This document shows, piece by piece, positions 11,939 to 25,421 of a DNA stretch of 64,000 bases. Within the stretch, counting starts at the first letter, position 1. Every line of letters starts with the position of its first letter. The position numbers were made by a program, and so were the translations under genes. Source of the DNA: Hyphochytrium catenoides (Eukaryota; Protista; Hyphochytriomycota); NCBI GenBank assembly GCA_900088475.1, contig FLMG01002348.1, forward strand, positions 1 to 64,000, read 5' to 3'. The notes under the pieces are model-generated. The model was not told where the DNA came from. It saw only the letters and a list, made by a program, of their open reading frames with translations, and searched no databases.

Positions 11939-14499
11939 CTACCGCGTGGGGCCTTCTTCAGATGGTAGGCCCGGATTAGCCTCTAAAGGAGGGCCCTTAA
12001 GGAGACTGAGGCGGGTAGCCTTAACCTTCTGCAAGAAACTTCCGAGGTCCTCACTCTTGATCTCACGAACGGCGGCGGAGGAGGGAACGACTCCTCTTCC
12101 CCTTCTTCTTAGAGAAGCGACAATATCGGCGACAGCTCGCTTTACACGAGGTGGCTCCTCTCTCTGGATCCAATCCTCTCCTTCGTCTCCTATCGCCCGT
12201 CCCTGTCTGACTACGTTAAAGCGCACTCTTACTTCTCCTGTGCTTTGTACCTGCACGCCGAACTTACTTCTTATCCACTGGAAGCCATCAATCTCTCTGT
12301 TCGAGCTCACTATGGCCAGGGGCTCTTTTAAGAATTGAGATCCGCCAATGAAGAAATCTGCTACTTGGTCCCGGATGGATCCTTGTGGTGTCCAACAGTG
12401 AACTGTCTCCAGACCTGACCCTGGGACCAATGGTATTCGCAGGTACCCGTAGCCTTCAATGCGGTGCCGTTCCCAGAAATCCACGGAGAACACTCTTAAA
12501 ACGAGCTCGTAGGATGGTAGGGAAAGTGATAATTCTTCTTCCCCCTGCCTCTGGATGATCTCGGTTTCAATGGGAAAGCAGAGATAAGCGACAGGAGTGG
12601 AAAGCCCCTTCTCTGGGTGTAGCCTTTCATCCTTCGACGGACGTATGACGTTACTTGCGGACTGCGTGACGCCTCCCATCATTAATTGCGTCTCTCCTCG
12701 GTCTCTTCCTGCATCCGAAGTCCCCATCTCTTTATGAAAAGCCCACGCAGGACCGTCAGGGATTCGGGCTTCATACTCAACATAAAGCTGAGAGCCCTCA
12801 AAACCATGCAGAGAGGATAGCTCTAAGAAGAGATAGAAGCGCGCTTGTTCCTCATCTGCTAAGGTTGGAGTTATACCGCTTCCCGCCTGGCTCTCTCGAC
12901 TCTGTATGCTCTTTTCATCCAAGTGCTCTTCGTAGGAAAGCATCTCCTCCAAGAGTAACGAGTCCTCCCACACCCTTTCCGAGTCATTTTCAATAACGTA
13001 TTCATAAATGCTACCTCGAGCAGTGGTGATCTTGTAGCTCTGAAGGACCTCCCCTTGCTCGGGTAGAGGGGAAGCGCTTTGCTGGTTCTGTTGCCGATTA
13101 AGTTGCGATGGTCCAAAGGGAGGGCTTTCGGCTTCGGATACAGCTTCAGAAAAGGGTGGTGACACTTCAAGAAGCCCATTGCTGAATAGCTTAAGAGTGC
13201 AAAGGATCTCTTCTTGACTGTGCTCGCTTTCCTCCTAGAGGTATACAAGAGCGGAGATTGAGACCGTGTGAAGCGGGGCATCGCAGTGATAGATAAAGAC
13301 TGAACTATCACGAAAGGAAATTGCCAAAGGGAGCCAAAAAGGGTTCTAAGCCTACCGAATGCTCCGTCTCGAGGTCGACTGCTGCCATTATGTACATGAT
13401 CTTGAAGGGGAACTCTCTTAGCAGATGACTGGCACCACCCTCAGCCAGCTGACTTTGCTGAGAGTTAGAGCGGTGAGGCAAGTTGACGACTTGGGCGCCA
13501 AGAGACGAGATAGGCTCTTGAGAGGTTGTGAGCTGCCTCCTTTTCTCCTGATGGTCAATATAGAGGTCAGGAAGTACGGTGCAGGGAATGTTAGAAAGAA
13601 TTTCTGGGTCGGACTCTTGAGAGCGAACTCATTGGGAAAAGAACGACAGGAGAAATGGACAGCAGCGAGACCCGGAAAGAGGATAAGGTAGTAGCACAGA
13701 CAGAGAGATAAACGTCATGGCGCTCTATTGGGCATAGGCAATGTCTTACGGTCTTTGATATGTAGCCATCTCTATCTATGTAAGTGAATAGGGCCAGATC
13801 CTGATCCTTAAAAGCATCCTGGTATGGTTGTCGATGTGATTCCTTCTTGAAGTAGCTCCGGTACTCGTCCTATGAAAGCCAAATGACAAGCTTATGAGTG
13901 ATCCGTTACTCTCAAAAGGATGTACGATAACTCCCAGCTAGCTAAGAGAGTGAGTGAGCCCGACTGTGGCAGCTCCCCGGTTCGCCTCTTTTCACTCTTC
14001 CTAAGTGATAGGCACCAAATAAGTAGCCCACCTCTAGCCTTGACTTCTCCTTAAGCCCCAATCGACTGAGAAACTCTTCTTCGTGCGTGTACCGTACATA
14101 CTCCCTGCCAAAGAAAAAGTAGGGATGAGGTTCCGGACACAGCAACGGAAGGAGGAAATAATGGCACAAACGGCAGATAGTAGAGTCAAATCCCCGAATC
14201 ATGATGTGATAGTCCTACCTCGGCCCAAACACTTTCTCCTGCCATTTGAAGGTTTTTACGATGGGCTCATGGGAAAGCTTTGGCCTACTACTTGGAGACG
14301 AAGCTTCTCCTACCTCCGCTCGGTTCTTCTTTCTGGGCTTAAGAGTGTGTGATACCTAAGGAGGTTAAGAACAATTTGGGACACATCAACGCCAGGACAG
14401 CACACGGAAGCTGATTCAAAGGACACCTACCTTCCGTATTGATACCTTTATTCTAAGGTTCTCAATGGGGTCACGAATGTTATAGTAAGCGGGCGCCAT
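11939..14499 (-). CDS. MKS1: MKS1-like B9/C2-domain ciliary transition-zone protein
   Basis: First exon MAPAYYNIRDPIENLRIKVSIRK matches the MKS1 N-terminal YxxRDPxxNLRxxV motif. The large terminal exon holds the B9 domain: ELSSLHGFEGSQLYVEY, LCFPIE, LRVFSVDFWERHRIEGYGYLRIPLVPG, VHCWTP, FFIGGS, SKFGVQVQSTGEVRVRFNVV. The 3' end could be spliced further. Confidence 0.85.
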
Positions 14500-15153
14500 C
14501 TTTCTGACTCCACGAAAACCGTACTTGTGGTATATTCTAGCCGGAAGGTGCTTCTTTGATGTCGATCACGGCATCCCGTACCGGAAGTGCAAGTATTACA
14601 CTCCACCATCACCCGAAGCCCTAGAACACTTCATCATTCTTAGCTTTTCTTCGTCCTCTACTTACGCTTCGCATTGAGGGAAGCGGCGGCACCTCACTGT
14701 GCTCAAAGCAAGGGGACACCACAACAATCCTAGCCTTTCTTGTCCTTCAGTAGACTACGCGCAAGGCCAGCTCTCAACCTTCGAGCTCTCTATCACCCAG
14801 TGTCAATGCTTCCAGCGCCGCCAGCAGAGAAGAGTGATGCTGGTCGCGAAGCCAAGGGTAATGCATCCTCAAGCAGGAGCTTCAGAGCGCTTGCACCACG
14901 ATAGAAACTCGAAAGGTCATCTTCTCAACTGCTTTGACAAGAGAACATCGGTAATCAAACCTTTCTCTATACCATTGATAACTGATATACATAAGTATCG
15001 AGAATGCACGAATAGCCCCATATCAAAGAACGCTTTAGATTAATGATAACTAATAAGTCTTCTGTTTCTTGGGAATCTTCAAGACGTTTTTCTCTCTCTT
15101 TTTCTTTGCACCTCTTTCAACTATGCTCCCCTGCTTCTCACCTCAAGACCTTA

Positions 15154-15201
<48 letters not shown>

Positions 15202-15300
15202 GCTCTGTCTTTTTCTCTCGCATTCTCACTCAGTTTCCTTCTCCTCCCTTTCTCTCTCCTTTCCTCTTCTCTCTTTCTCCGTCTCCTCTCTTTTACTATT
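15154..15300. repeat. (CT)n microsatellite / polypyrimidine tract
   Basis: Perfect and imperfect CT runs are directly visible between the divergent MKS1 and adenylate kinase genes. Confidence 0.9.
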
Positions 15301-15776
15301 CTCTGACTCTGTTCTCCGGCTCCCAACTGTCTATCTTTCCCCTCTCGACTTTGACTGACCCTTTGATGTAGTCTTTCAAGTTGAGCGCCCCGCAGTTAGA
15401 ACTACGTTCCCTAGTACGAACCCGATCAGTCGTCGTGACGAAGAATCACAGAGATCTGGAAGATCACTGCTTGGTACCCCTTGCAAGGAACAATGAACCT
15501 CACATGTTCCGACTCCTGAGGCAGCAGCAGAGATCAGTTAACTTAGGTGAAGACGCCAAGAAGCCTCAAGTTAAAGGGCCGACGAGTGCTCAGTACGCTG
15601 TTCTTGGCCGACCGTGCTCTAAAGTTTTTAGCAGCACTCTTTCCCCACCGTCAACTTTATTCTGTCACAGCTTCCTCTCCTATCCTGGCGGCTCCTAATT
15701 TGCGTTGCGTTCCAGTCCTGCTAGCACGGTCGCTAAACCGTACCTTGGTCTCTACAACGTAGAGAGCCTGTAAGCT

Positions 15777-18700
15777 ATGCCTTTCCTGTTGCGCGGCTTG
15801 CAGCGGACTGTCACCGCTAGGAGATACAACTTCACAGGATACAAAGGCTTTAGAATCACCAACAAAAGAAAATCTTGGACCATACCAAGACAGGGTCTGG
15901 CTCCTGCTGTCACTACTACTTTGGGCCGAAGAGCTTTTTATATCGCTGCTGTGTTGCGGTCTAAGGCAGAAGCTTCCAGCCCTGTGAACAATGAAGATCT
16001 AGCATTGACTCATGATGCCATTGAGGAAGCCAACGACTCAGCAGCTTGGTACTCACCGGACTATGAAGGTTGGTCTCAATATAACTATATGCGCTATCGC
16101 TATCGTCTTCTATCTGTCGCTCCTCGACGTCGCCCTCTCCCGACACAGCTTTCTCTAGCCCTATATAGTAAAACAGATGCAGCCCCACATGCGTTGGCAC
16201 TAAGTGCCATGCTGTGTGAGACCCCATGACTACGTAACCCAGATCTTTTTACCAAGCTTATTACCTCTCAGTCTCTGCCTCTTATGATGCTGATGACTCA
16301 CTGATAACACAGACAGCGGAGATGAGGCGGAACCTCCTCGCCGCTTACAACGGCGCGCTTCAAGGGGAGGCTTTAGAGAGTTCATGAAGCGCAACATAGA
16401 TTCGGCGGAGATCAAGGACCCGCAGATTATCTTCAAGAAAGGTCAGAAGGGTCGTCTATCAAGTAGTTCGCTGTGACCGACTTCTTATTCCCGAGTCTTG
16501 CACCATTTGCTCTTATATATCTTACATCTCTTGCTTGCCATGCTGGGCTAAATCTTTTCCTCGGTCTTTTGACTTCTCGGCCTGGTTCCGCGCTCTTCTT
16601 GATCTGCTCTCGTCCTACTGAGCAGATCAATTCCTCAACGCCATATCTCTCTGACCATTCGTACCCTGAATTCGCTGCTGTAGTCATCTCTAACCTCCGC
16701 ACGAAGTACGGACATGACTTGGTCTTTCCTAAATACCTGATTTGGCTGTGTGGAGCTCCCGGAGCAGGCAAAGGTTGAGTTTCGGCGGATGTATCGCTCT
16801 CATATCTCGTTTTTCGAATGGGACGATCTTTCCAGCGGTCTTTTGCTCTCTTCCATTATCACAGCCATTTGCCTTTTCGGATACTGCTGACTTCGCCATC
16901 TTGAACTACCTCTAGGAACAATGACGCCGTACATCCTCAAGGAGACAGGGATTACTGCGCAACCCATTGTGGTAGGCGCCTCTTGTCTTCGTCCTAGCTA
17001 GTATTAAGAACGGCATCAACATAACATCTCCTTCTACCCGGCAATATGTATGTCACTAGGTTAGCAATCTCTTAAACTCTCCACAAGCCCAGGAGATTAA
17101 GGCGAAGGGCAGGCTGCTTGGAGACCGAGAGGTGGGTTAAAGCTACTGCGCTGTATAGCTCCAGGGGCAGAGCACGAAGAAACAAGCATTGCCTCATAAC
17201 AAGCGGCCAATTCTTGCTTAAGGCCTTGACAACCTCCCAAGTGGGGCTACGGAAATCGCTCTTTGACTAATCTACTTCGTTATATACATCTCCCTTAGGT
17301 TGTGGAAGAGCTTTTCGATGCACTAATAGCACAGAAGAACGAGGCAGGTGGGACGGACCGCTTTGTCAAAATGTCTGGGACTGGACTAACTCAGCTCCTC
17401 ATTACAGGTGTTGTGATTGACGGCTATCCGCGAACCAAAATCCAAGCCGAATGTATCAAGTATGTCGCTGCCTTCTTACAAGCAACCTTGCTCTAGTCTC
17501 AGTAGGCCACAGAAAGATTGCTTCTGCGTATGCGGCCGAATCCTTCCTCACCCTTTCCTCTCATTATCAAAACTGGTGGCCGAAGTCAAGTCGACAGGCT
17601 CTCTCTCTCGCAAGTGCATCCCTGAAGCTCTTGCCTTCTTGTCTGACCTGGCACATCTCCAGTAACCCAACCGTCACAATAATGACCCAGTCCTCTTAAC
17701 GCTTCATTGGCTGCTTTTCTTGGAACAGGCTGCTGTACGACTACATGCTTGAGACATACCGGAAGAACCTGGATAGAGAAGATTCGCCATACCCACGACC
17801 CGTTTTCCACATAGGTAGATCCACTTCTTTGTCCTTTTCAAGGAGCATGGCACATGGGCTTAACCCTTTTTCGTTGCCAGTTGTCCTGTATGTTGAAGAG
17901 GAAGAATCAGTAGCGCGCCAGATAGGCCGCGGCAGAGTTGTCTCTAAGCACAATCAGACAGTTAGAGCTACCGGCATTGGCAGGATGATTGAGGAGAGAG
18001 TGACAGACGTGAGTTTGGACGATAGAGGTATTTTGTTCACGGTTATGCAGTCGTTGATGATTTATTCCGCCACTCCACCCTTAGATTTCAGATACAGCGG
18101 CCAGAGATCGATATCGAATATTTAAAGAGCAGGTGTATGAAAGGTGAGTTCCGCCACAACATGGCCAATTCTCTTCCCACATGTGCACCTCCTTACTCTC
18201 GCAACTCACGTGCGTCAACTCTGACTCATGTAGTCTAATGGTCATCAAGAACGCCTTCCACTTTCACTTCATTGATGCCGGCCAACACATCCAGGAGGTC
18301 ATGAGGCTTGTAAAGCAAGGTGAGTATACATCCGGCACCTTCCGCCTATCCTTTAAGGGGAAGCATTGCAGAGTGAGAGACGCTCGCTTCATCAAACTCA
18401 TCGTGGGGGGTTTAGACCCAAGAACGGGATGAGTGACTGCTCTCAGAACTTCCCTAGAACTTCTGGATCTATTATTCTCGGTGTCATCAACTCCTGATAA
18501 CGGAACTGTTTGTTGATGTCAGAGTTTGAGTACCAGTCTAGCATGGAGCTCAGTGATGAGGCCTTGGTAAAGGTGCGTAGCCAACTTGCGATCCAGGCAA
18601 ATTTGCGGATAGGGCTAGCTGGCTAAGTTGGGGCCAAGTAAAAGTCAACGCTAACCCGATATGCCATTTAACAGGTTCGTCAGATGCCCAAGGCCAGTAG

Positions 18701-19581
18701 GTTGATAGAAAATGCACGGATGGAGCTGGTTAAACGAATAGGTACTTGGCCCATACTAATGCTACCTTTCTATATTTACTCATCCTAGCTGCCGCCAAAG
18801 CGGAATAACCCATAGGCTACTTACTAACCGCTGTATCTCTCCAGAACTGTACACCCATAACAATGAGGAGCTCTTCGACGAGGTGCTCAATGTCATGAAA
18901 ACGGAGTTTTTGCATATTCTCCGTCGACAGGTGAATTCTTGGCTCTATTTTGTATCCCTTGAAGCATGCAGCCCGCGTCCCTAGAGTGCACTCTGTCCTG
19001 CTCTTTTTTTCATCTCTACGACACTTCCGCTATCTCTAAATATCTTCCCTCAGTCCGTGGCAGGTCGCGCTATCATCCGCAGCCAGAATCCAATTTTTGA
19101 AGACCCTCTGGCGCTAAACATCTTCCTTGATGTTGCTCATGACCGGGGGTTCATCGTCGTTCCTGACGTAGTCAAGGAGCCGCATGTCAGCAAACTCCTT
19201 CCTGGCACCACTGTCTCCATCAATTTCCTTCCCATTCCAGCAAGCCTTATCCAGAGCTCCGTTATTGATTTTTGACACTCTGGCTCCCTCATCGCTTGGT
19301 TCTGCTTGTCCGGTCCTTGCTTCCTTCAGCCTTGACTGCTGTGTTCCATGGTTGCTGCCGGGCCTTTCATAACCGCGGACAACCCTTTAGGCCCTCCATC
19401 TCTAACTTGCCCAAAGCTTTTGTTGTAATGTTATCCCAAGGCTAACATTTTTTCCTTGCGCTCTACTGCTCCGGGCGCCCCTTGTATGGTCCAGCAGGGG
19501 CCGAAAACATACATCTTCAACTTTGACTTTCCACGTCCCCAAATGAGGCACAACCTGGTTACCTCTGCTAGCGATGACTAA
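15777..19581 (+). CDS. Long-type adenylate kinase with N-terminal presequence-like extension and C-terminal extra domain, about 15 exons
   Basis: Spliced model: MPFLLRGLQRTVTARRYNF...EIKDPQIIFKKVISNLRTKYGHDLVFPKYLIWLCGAPGAGKGT (P-loop), LLGDREV, GVVIDGYPRTKIQAE, VLYVEEEESVARQ, RYRIFKEQ, FHFHFIDA, EFEYQSSMELS, ending ...FDFPRPQMRHNLVTSASDD with TAA at 19579-19581. The last donor site is uncertain. Confidence 0.88.
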
Positions 19582-19966
19582 GAGCAGCCGCCCGCTATGC
19601 AAGAGAACACTTCAACAGGGTGCCAATAATCCACCATCATAAGGATGGCCTCGTCATAGCTTGATAAGGAGAACCGAGCCTGCAGTTGGGTTGCATTAGT
19701 TTAAAAGAACCATATTTCAAATTTTGACCCCATATTCTCACAGCAGATATCGTTGGAAGCGGAGATAGACCTGGAGTGACCTCCCTCTATTGTTCAGCGA
19801 CACCATAAATATGGTGGTCCTCCTAATCTCACTAACATATTGTCCCTGTCTTAGTGCTCCCTTAAGTAAGAGTCGTAAGCCCGAACCATTTTTCTCTAAG
19901 TGCGTAGCTTCAGAAGGGGCCAAAAGGGCATTACAGAAGAGAAAGAAATGGCGAGATCGTACCTCG

Positions 19967-20751
19967 TCATTGTTCAGCGCTTCGTGGTGCAAAAGAGCCG
20001 ACAGATGACTTTGTTCCAGTTGAGGATAGAGGAGGCGACGTACGGTGATTGCCTTTCGGGCTCTTGGCAGGGGTTCTTCCCATCTGTTCAAAGATAAAGG
20101 TTGGGAGTCGAGCATATTTCTCCAAGGATGGGTCTTGGATGGGATCTCTGAATGATCCTGGAGCAGTAGAGAGTGAGACATCGAAGGTCTCGGAAGGGAG
20201 CAAATCTGGCTAGAAGGCGAATAAGCGACGAAGAAAAAAGATAGAGACTGGATACACGTAAGCAAAGTTGATGGACGCCAGACTTTTACGACAGAGACAC
20301 AGAAATGGAAGCAAGCCATTCCACACAAACACGTTGGGGAGAGCGTATCAGTACCTTTCGGTGCATTATAAAGCATAGTAACGTCGGCGCCACACTGTCT
20401 CCAAGCGAGAATGGTGAGGGAGACCAACAGGCACAACAAGCTTGAAAAAAAGCGCACCAATTGCCACTATTGGGCGACAAAAGGAGAGAAGACGAAGTGG
20501 GAGTGCCAAGGTTAGATAACAGACTCTTGGCTGTGAGAGGCAAAGAAAGGGATCCAAAAAAATCTTCCAAACCAGTGCTGCTTGCTAATGAACATGTTCA
20601 GACAAAGGGCAGAGATCAGGTCAAGGCAGCCACAGCAAGGGCAATTCAGAGTCGTCCATACCATCAGCTCGTCTGAACTTTCTGACTGTGCGAAAATGAC
20701 CTCTGTATCGTCTATCAAATCTTCGTCATCTGGAACAAGCGTGGGTCCCAT
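19967..20751 (-). CDS. Hypothetical small single-pass membrane protein (tentative 3-exon model)
   Basis: ATG at 20751 gives MGPTLVPDDEDLIDDTEVIFAQSESSDELM|WQLVRFFSSLLCLLVSLTILAWRQCGADVTMLYNAPK|DLLPSETF...SAEQ*. The GT-AG junctions are phase-compatible and there is one hydrophobic segment. No family recognised. Confidence 0.35.
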
Positions 20752-21880
20752 CTTTACTCTTGATCTAGGGGTACGCCTCAACCGCCTTTGTCTCTCTCTA
20801 CCGCCGCCAGACACACTGACCTAGCGATAAAGTCTTCGTCTCCATAAGGTGCCCGTGCCAGCGATGATGGAGGTAGGTGGCAAGTAAGAGAGAGCCTGGC
20901 GACTAGCGATTGAACTCTTCAACGCTAGACAGCTCGCTCATCAAAGATTATGCAGCAGTGTGCTGATGGACATAGATCGTGGCTGAGCCTCGGGTGAAGG
21001 GATGATGGAGGGACGGCATTAGCGAGACAAATCTTCTTTTTGAAGATTCAAAGAGATTTTTTGACCCATGAAGCATCAGGAGAGATGGGGTGAAAGACAG
21101 AGAAAGGATAGACAGGCAGAGCCTCAAGACAGATAGGCAGACAGTGAAGCCTAACGCTATAGTCGTAAGGCTCAGAGATGTAATACAGAATGAGAACGGG
21201 ATAGCATGCGGAGGAGAGAGAGAGACACAAGATAAGGAGGTCAAGAAAACGGAAAAGATGACGAAAATAGGGTCAACTACAACCTTTCTCCGAGGGTCGG
21301 TTTGCCAGATGAAATTAGCCGCAAGGCCGGCTTACATCTCTATAAGGGTCAGTAGAAGGGTTAGAGAGGAGAGCCAGAGACAGAAACCGGCCAAAAGCTT
21401 CAGAATTAGCGGAGATCAATAATTGCGATCAGCTGCACAACCTTCTGAAGCACTGAAAGTCGATGAAGCTTGTGGAGGCATCTGTGGCTGATAGCCAAAT
21501 CTATCGCAGAAGACGGGAACTTCCTACATCCTTTCTCGGGAACTAGAAACTACGTGAAAGCTGATTGTGAGGGCACTTAAATTTCACATCACCACTCGTA
21601 GAGGCCGACCCAATCTGATTCTTGGCGCAGGATTGCTTCACCGCGCGGGTCTGCATTATACTGTCCCGCTCTGTATGGTGAAGGGCTCCGTCGTCGCCTT
21701 CTCTTGTTCAGCTTAGCTTCAGCTTAGCTGAAGTCCTGTACGTTTCAGCAGGCAGCCATCGTGGGTCCGCGGATTCTCTGCTTCTGTGAACCTTGATAAG
21801 GGATGGAATCATTCGTGGAGTTAAGTTGCTAGAGAGACCTTGGACTTGAGAGGAGAGCTCAAGCTCAGCAAGGAGACACA

Positions 21881-24863
21881 ATGGGCTCTTGTCTAGCACG
21901 ATGTCTGCCAGAGAGTGATATGGCAACAGAGCTGGAGCAGGAGCTTGACGAGGACGCACAGGTTGTTGCATGACGCTGGGTGATATGTGATCTCTTCTAA
22001 AGTGACTTACCTTCCTTTTCCGACCAATCGTACAACCGACAACCTTCTGGATCAATTCTCTAACACAGCCTAGCCCTGTCCTTGCTAACTATCACCCACG
22101 CGCACTGTATGGTTGTTTGACAGCAAACGAACTATGAGGTTTCTCGGGCTTCTAGCGTCCCACATAGTGCGCTACTTCAAGCTTCAGAGGTCGATCTGAA
22201 GGATGAGATTGGGAGAGGATCAACGGGTGTTGTCTTTCGGGTGAGTGCTCGGTCAAAGGCTGCCACTTGACTTAGTCTGCAAACGCACGGCTTCTCTTCC
22301 GCTTTGTTCCTTATTAGTTCAATCCAATTTGCCACCATGGTTTGTGCTCTCATCGCCGATTCTTGTCACACGGTACTTCAACCTCCACGTCTTAAGCTGT
22401 ACCCCTTTATTTCTGAGTGGTTGCGGTGCACTCCTTCTTATCTTATGTAATTTTGATCATCAAGCTTCATGCCCGCCCTTCTTCAGCAAAACACCTTCTG
22501 CTAAGCGGATGGCCATCTCAATCTCTCTCCTTAGGGTTCGTATCGGGGAAGTCAGGTTGCTGTTAAGAAAGTGTTTGTCGGTCACGATGGCAAAGCGATA
22601 AGTCGCCACGAAATTGAGATTGCGCTTGAGAAGGAAGCCACCAGAATGGGCAGGTAGAGACAACCATGTACCCTAGGTGCAGCATTACTGATATCATTGT
22701 AGCTCTCCGTTGACATCTTCGAGAGTGATCGTCATAACGCCATCTGCGGGGCCAGATGTATTCCGAAGTCTCTATCGCTTCCCTTACCCATCCCTACAGA
22801 TATTGACCACTGACTCATCTTTCCACCCCCGCTTTCGCTTCCATTTGCCCCAAACTATCGCGCAGTCTAAGGCATCCCAACATCGTTCTCTTTATGGGCG
22901 CGTGTCTTTCTGGAAGCCATTTTTGTATCATTAGGTGATGTGGACTTGCATACTTCAACCTCTTCGATAAAGATCTTTACAGTTTTCACATCTTTTTTAG
23001 AGGTTTGAGTCCATGTCGTCCAGCTTCTACTCTGACATGACTTCCTTTTTGATAGGCGATCTTCTCTTCGTCAGGGCCTGTACTCTGTCTCATAGCTTTG
23101 CCTGATACTTCCTGTGCTAACCTGTCCGGGTATCTAGTGAATATTGCAGTAGAGGGTCTCTTTCGGACGTTCTCCGCTTTGGACCAAGCGGTAGAAGCAG
23201 ATCTTTCAAGCAAAGCGGCTCTTCGTCTTTGCCCATGTCCTCTTCCCTGCCGCCAATCACGTCTAGCTCTAAACCCACCAGTGAACAACTTCCTTGGTCC
23301 CTGAGGTAAGCCATATAGCGTTTCGGTGTCCGCCTACCTTGTAGGACGTTCCTATTCTGCTGTACCTTATTTGGTATGATGGTTAATAATGTGACTTTTT
23401 CGGGTCTAGTTCGTAAGTGTTGAGTCCTTGCTGGTCAGCAACAGACTGGGCCTGCGTTATAGCAAACATCCTGGTTGACCATCCTCAATCGTCCCATTTA
23501 CTAGAACTCGGCTGGCCTTAGGAGCAGCTAGAGGTTTGCTTTACCTGCATAGTGCCGAACCCGCTCTTGTCCACGAGGATCTTAAAAGGTCTGAGTCTGA
23601 ACCTCCTTGGTCTGACCCTGTTACGTCTAGGCGTGCCCTCAATCCTTTTTTGCGTGCCCTCGTCTTATAGTTGTGTGTATAAGTGGTCGTTATCTGATTT
23701 CCCGCGCTACTTCCGCTTTTGCAGCACGAATATATTGGTTGACGACTCTTGGAATGCCAAGTTAGCGGTAAGATTGAGCAATGGTGGTTCTCGTTGGTGC
23801 CAGCTTGTTGAGTGACCCCTATCATTGCTTGCCAAGGTGCTCTTTTAACTATTTCCTCGATGACGTCTATGCTGCCCTCTTTACCAAAGCTGACCAGTAC
23901 TCACCCAAAACAATAGGACTTCGGTACACGGCATGTGGCTCTGATGATTGGCGGCAATGCTGAGGATCCTTCCACAAAGCTTCAGTGTAGATCTTTACGA
24001 TGGACAGGTCTGACGCAACCTCAATACTGGACTCCTTTACGACTCGCTTCACTCCATAGTGTTCCCCCTCCTCCCTTCTATTCATAGCCTCACACTGCCT
24101 CTATCCATTTCAGCCCCAGAACTGTTGAAGAGCGGAAACACATCAGCTCTCAAGAAGCCTGAGGCAGCAGATATATTCAGCTTTGGGTAAGATCCAAACA
24201 CTCTCGTTGACCGTACCATACACCTAAATACTGCTCTGTCCAGCATGATAATGTCAGAGCTAGTGACGCTCAAACCTCCATTCGAAGGTTTGACAGAGGA
24301 ACAAGCTCGAGATGCGCTCTGTTTAGGACAAAGGCCAGAGATCCCTGTGAATAGCTGCTCGCAGCGCTGGGAGAGCTTGATGACAAAATGTCTCGCAGAA
24401 GAGCCAGGTGAGCTCAGGAAACTCCTGATCCTCGGCTGGTTCTCCTTTCTTGACTGTATTACATAACTATTCCTTCAACCTGCTCCCATCCCGTAGTAGT
24501 TAGCGCCGTCTCAATTATCTACCTACTTACTTGGTTAAGTTTAAGCTTCCTTTCTCTTTATCCGGCTTGATCTGTCTTCCCTACTGACGCTTAATCCCTG
24601 CTTTTGTGCCTAACTTACTACGGCCGCGACTGTCCTCGACAGCGGAACGTCCGGGTGCAAATGAGCTAGTAACAGTGCTAGAAGAACTCTACCAAATAGA
24701 AAGTGCAGAACATAATAGAAAGAAAGGGAAAAAGAGGCACCCAAGCTCTGCCTCCTCATCCTCTTCTCGACCGGCTGGAACGCAGAGCAATACCTCTAGT
24801 TTGGAAGGCAGCAATACCTTTTCATCGGAAAATGGTGGTGGAAGGTCAGCAATTCTATGTTGA
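21881..24863 (+). CDS. TKL-group (Raf/MLK-like) protein kinase with predicted N-myristoylation/palmitoylation
   Basis: Spliced model: MGSCLARC..., IGRGSTGVVFRGSYRGSQVAVK, SLRHPNIVLFMGAC, SEYCSRGSL, LPWSLRTRLALGAARGLLYLHS, LVHEDLKSTNILVD, AKLADFG, LRWTAPE, ADIFSFGMIMSELVT, CLAEEPAERP, then a Ser-rich tail and TGA at 24861-24863. Confidence 0.92.
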
Positions 24864-25421
24864 GTAGTCCGTTCCCGGATCTCCTTTGAGTACGCCCATA
24901 GACTACCCAACCGGCAAATGTCTTAACAAACTCTCGTCCTACTCTGTAGTGGAAGTGGTACCTCTCCAGTTGGCTAATTCTGTTTCCTCTTACCGCAGCC
25001 AACCTGGCACTTCAGAAGGGGACAGTCCGCAAGCTCTTAGGGAACTGCCACGAAGTTCTCCAGGGGAACCCCCGGCAGCCCTGAAAGCTGTCAACTTCAA
25101 GATTGATGGTGTGACACAATGAAGCTAGGCACGGGACGAGCGAGGAGGGAGGAACTCCATAATTTGTGCGATATATGTGTTCGTCGTGCGACAGTACACA
25201 GCAATTCTTTTTCCCAACCCCGCTGTCCAACAGGATTTCATGCCTATTTTTCTTCTCTTTCCTTGTCTCAGCTTGAGCTTGGAACCCACGTACAGACAAG
25301 TTGCAGCTGATCTTGCGGCCAAACTATAACCAAACTCTGTCTGTCTTGACTTCTCTAATGGGCAATTAACCGCCAAAGTGCGCCACACAAATGTGTGACG
25401 ATATTAGGGGACAGACCCCAT

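Noticed and set aside
15043-15371. ORFs rich in LSLSLS or RERERE here and at 46149-46617, 54731-55206 and 60278-60690
   Set aside because: These are translation artefacts of CT/GA microsatellites.
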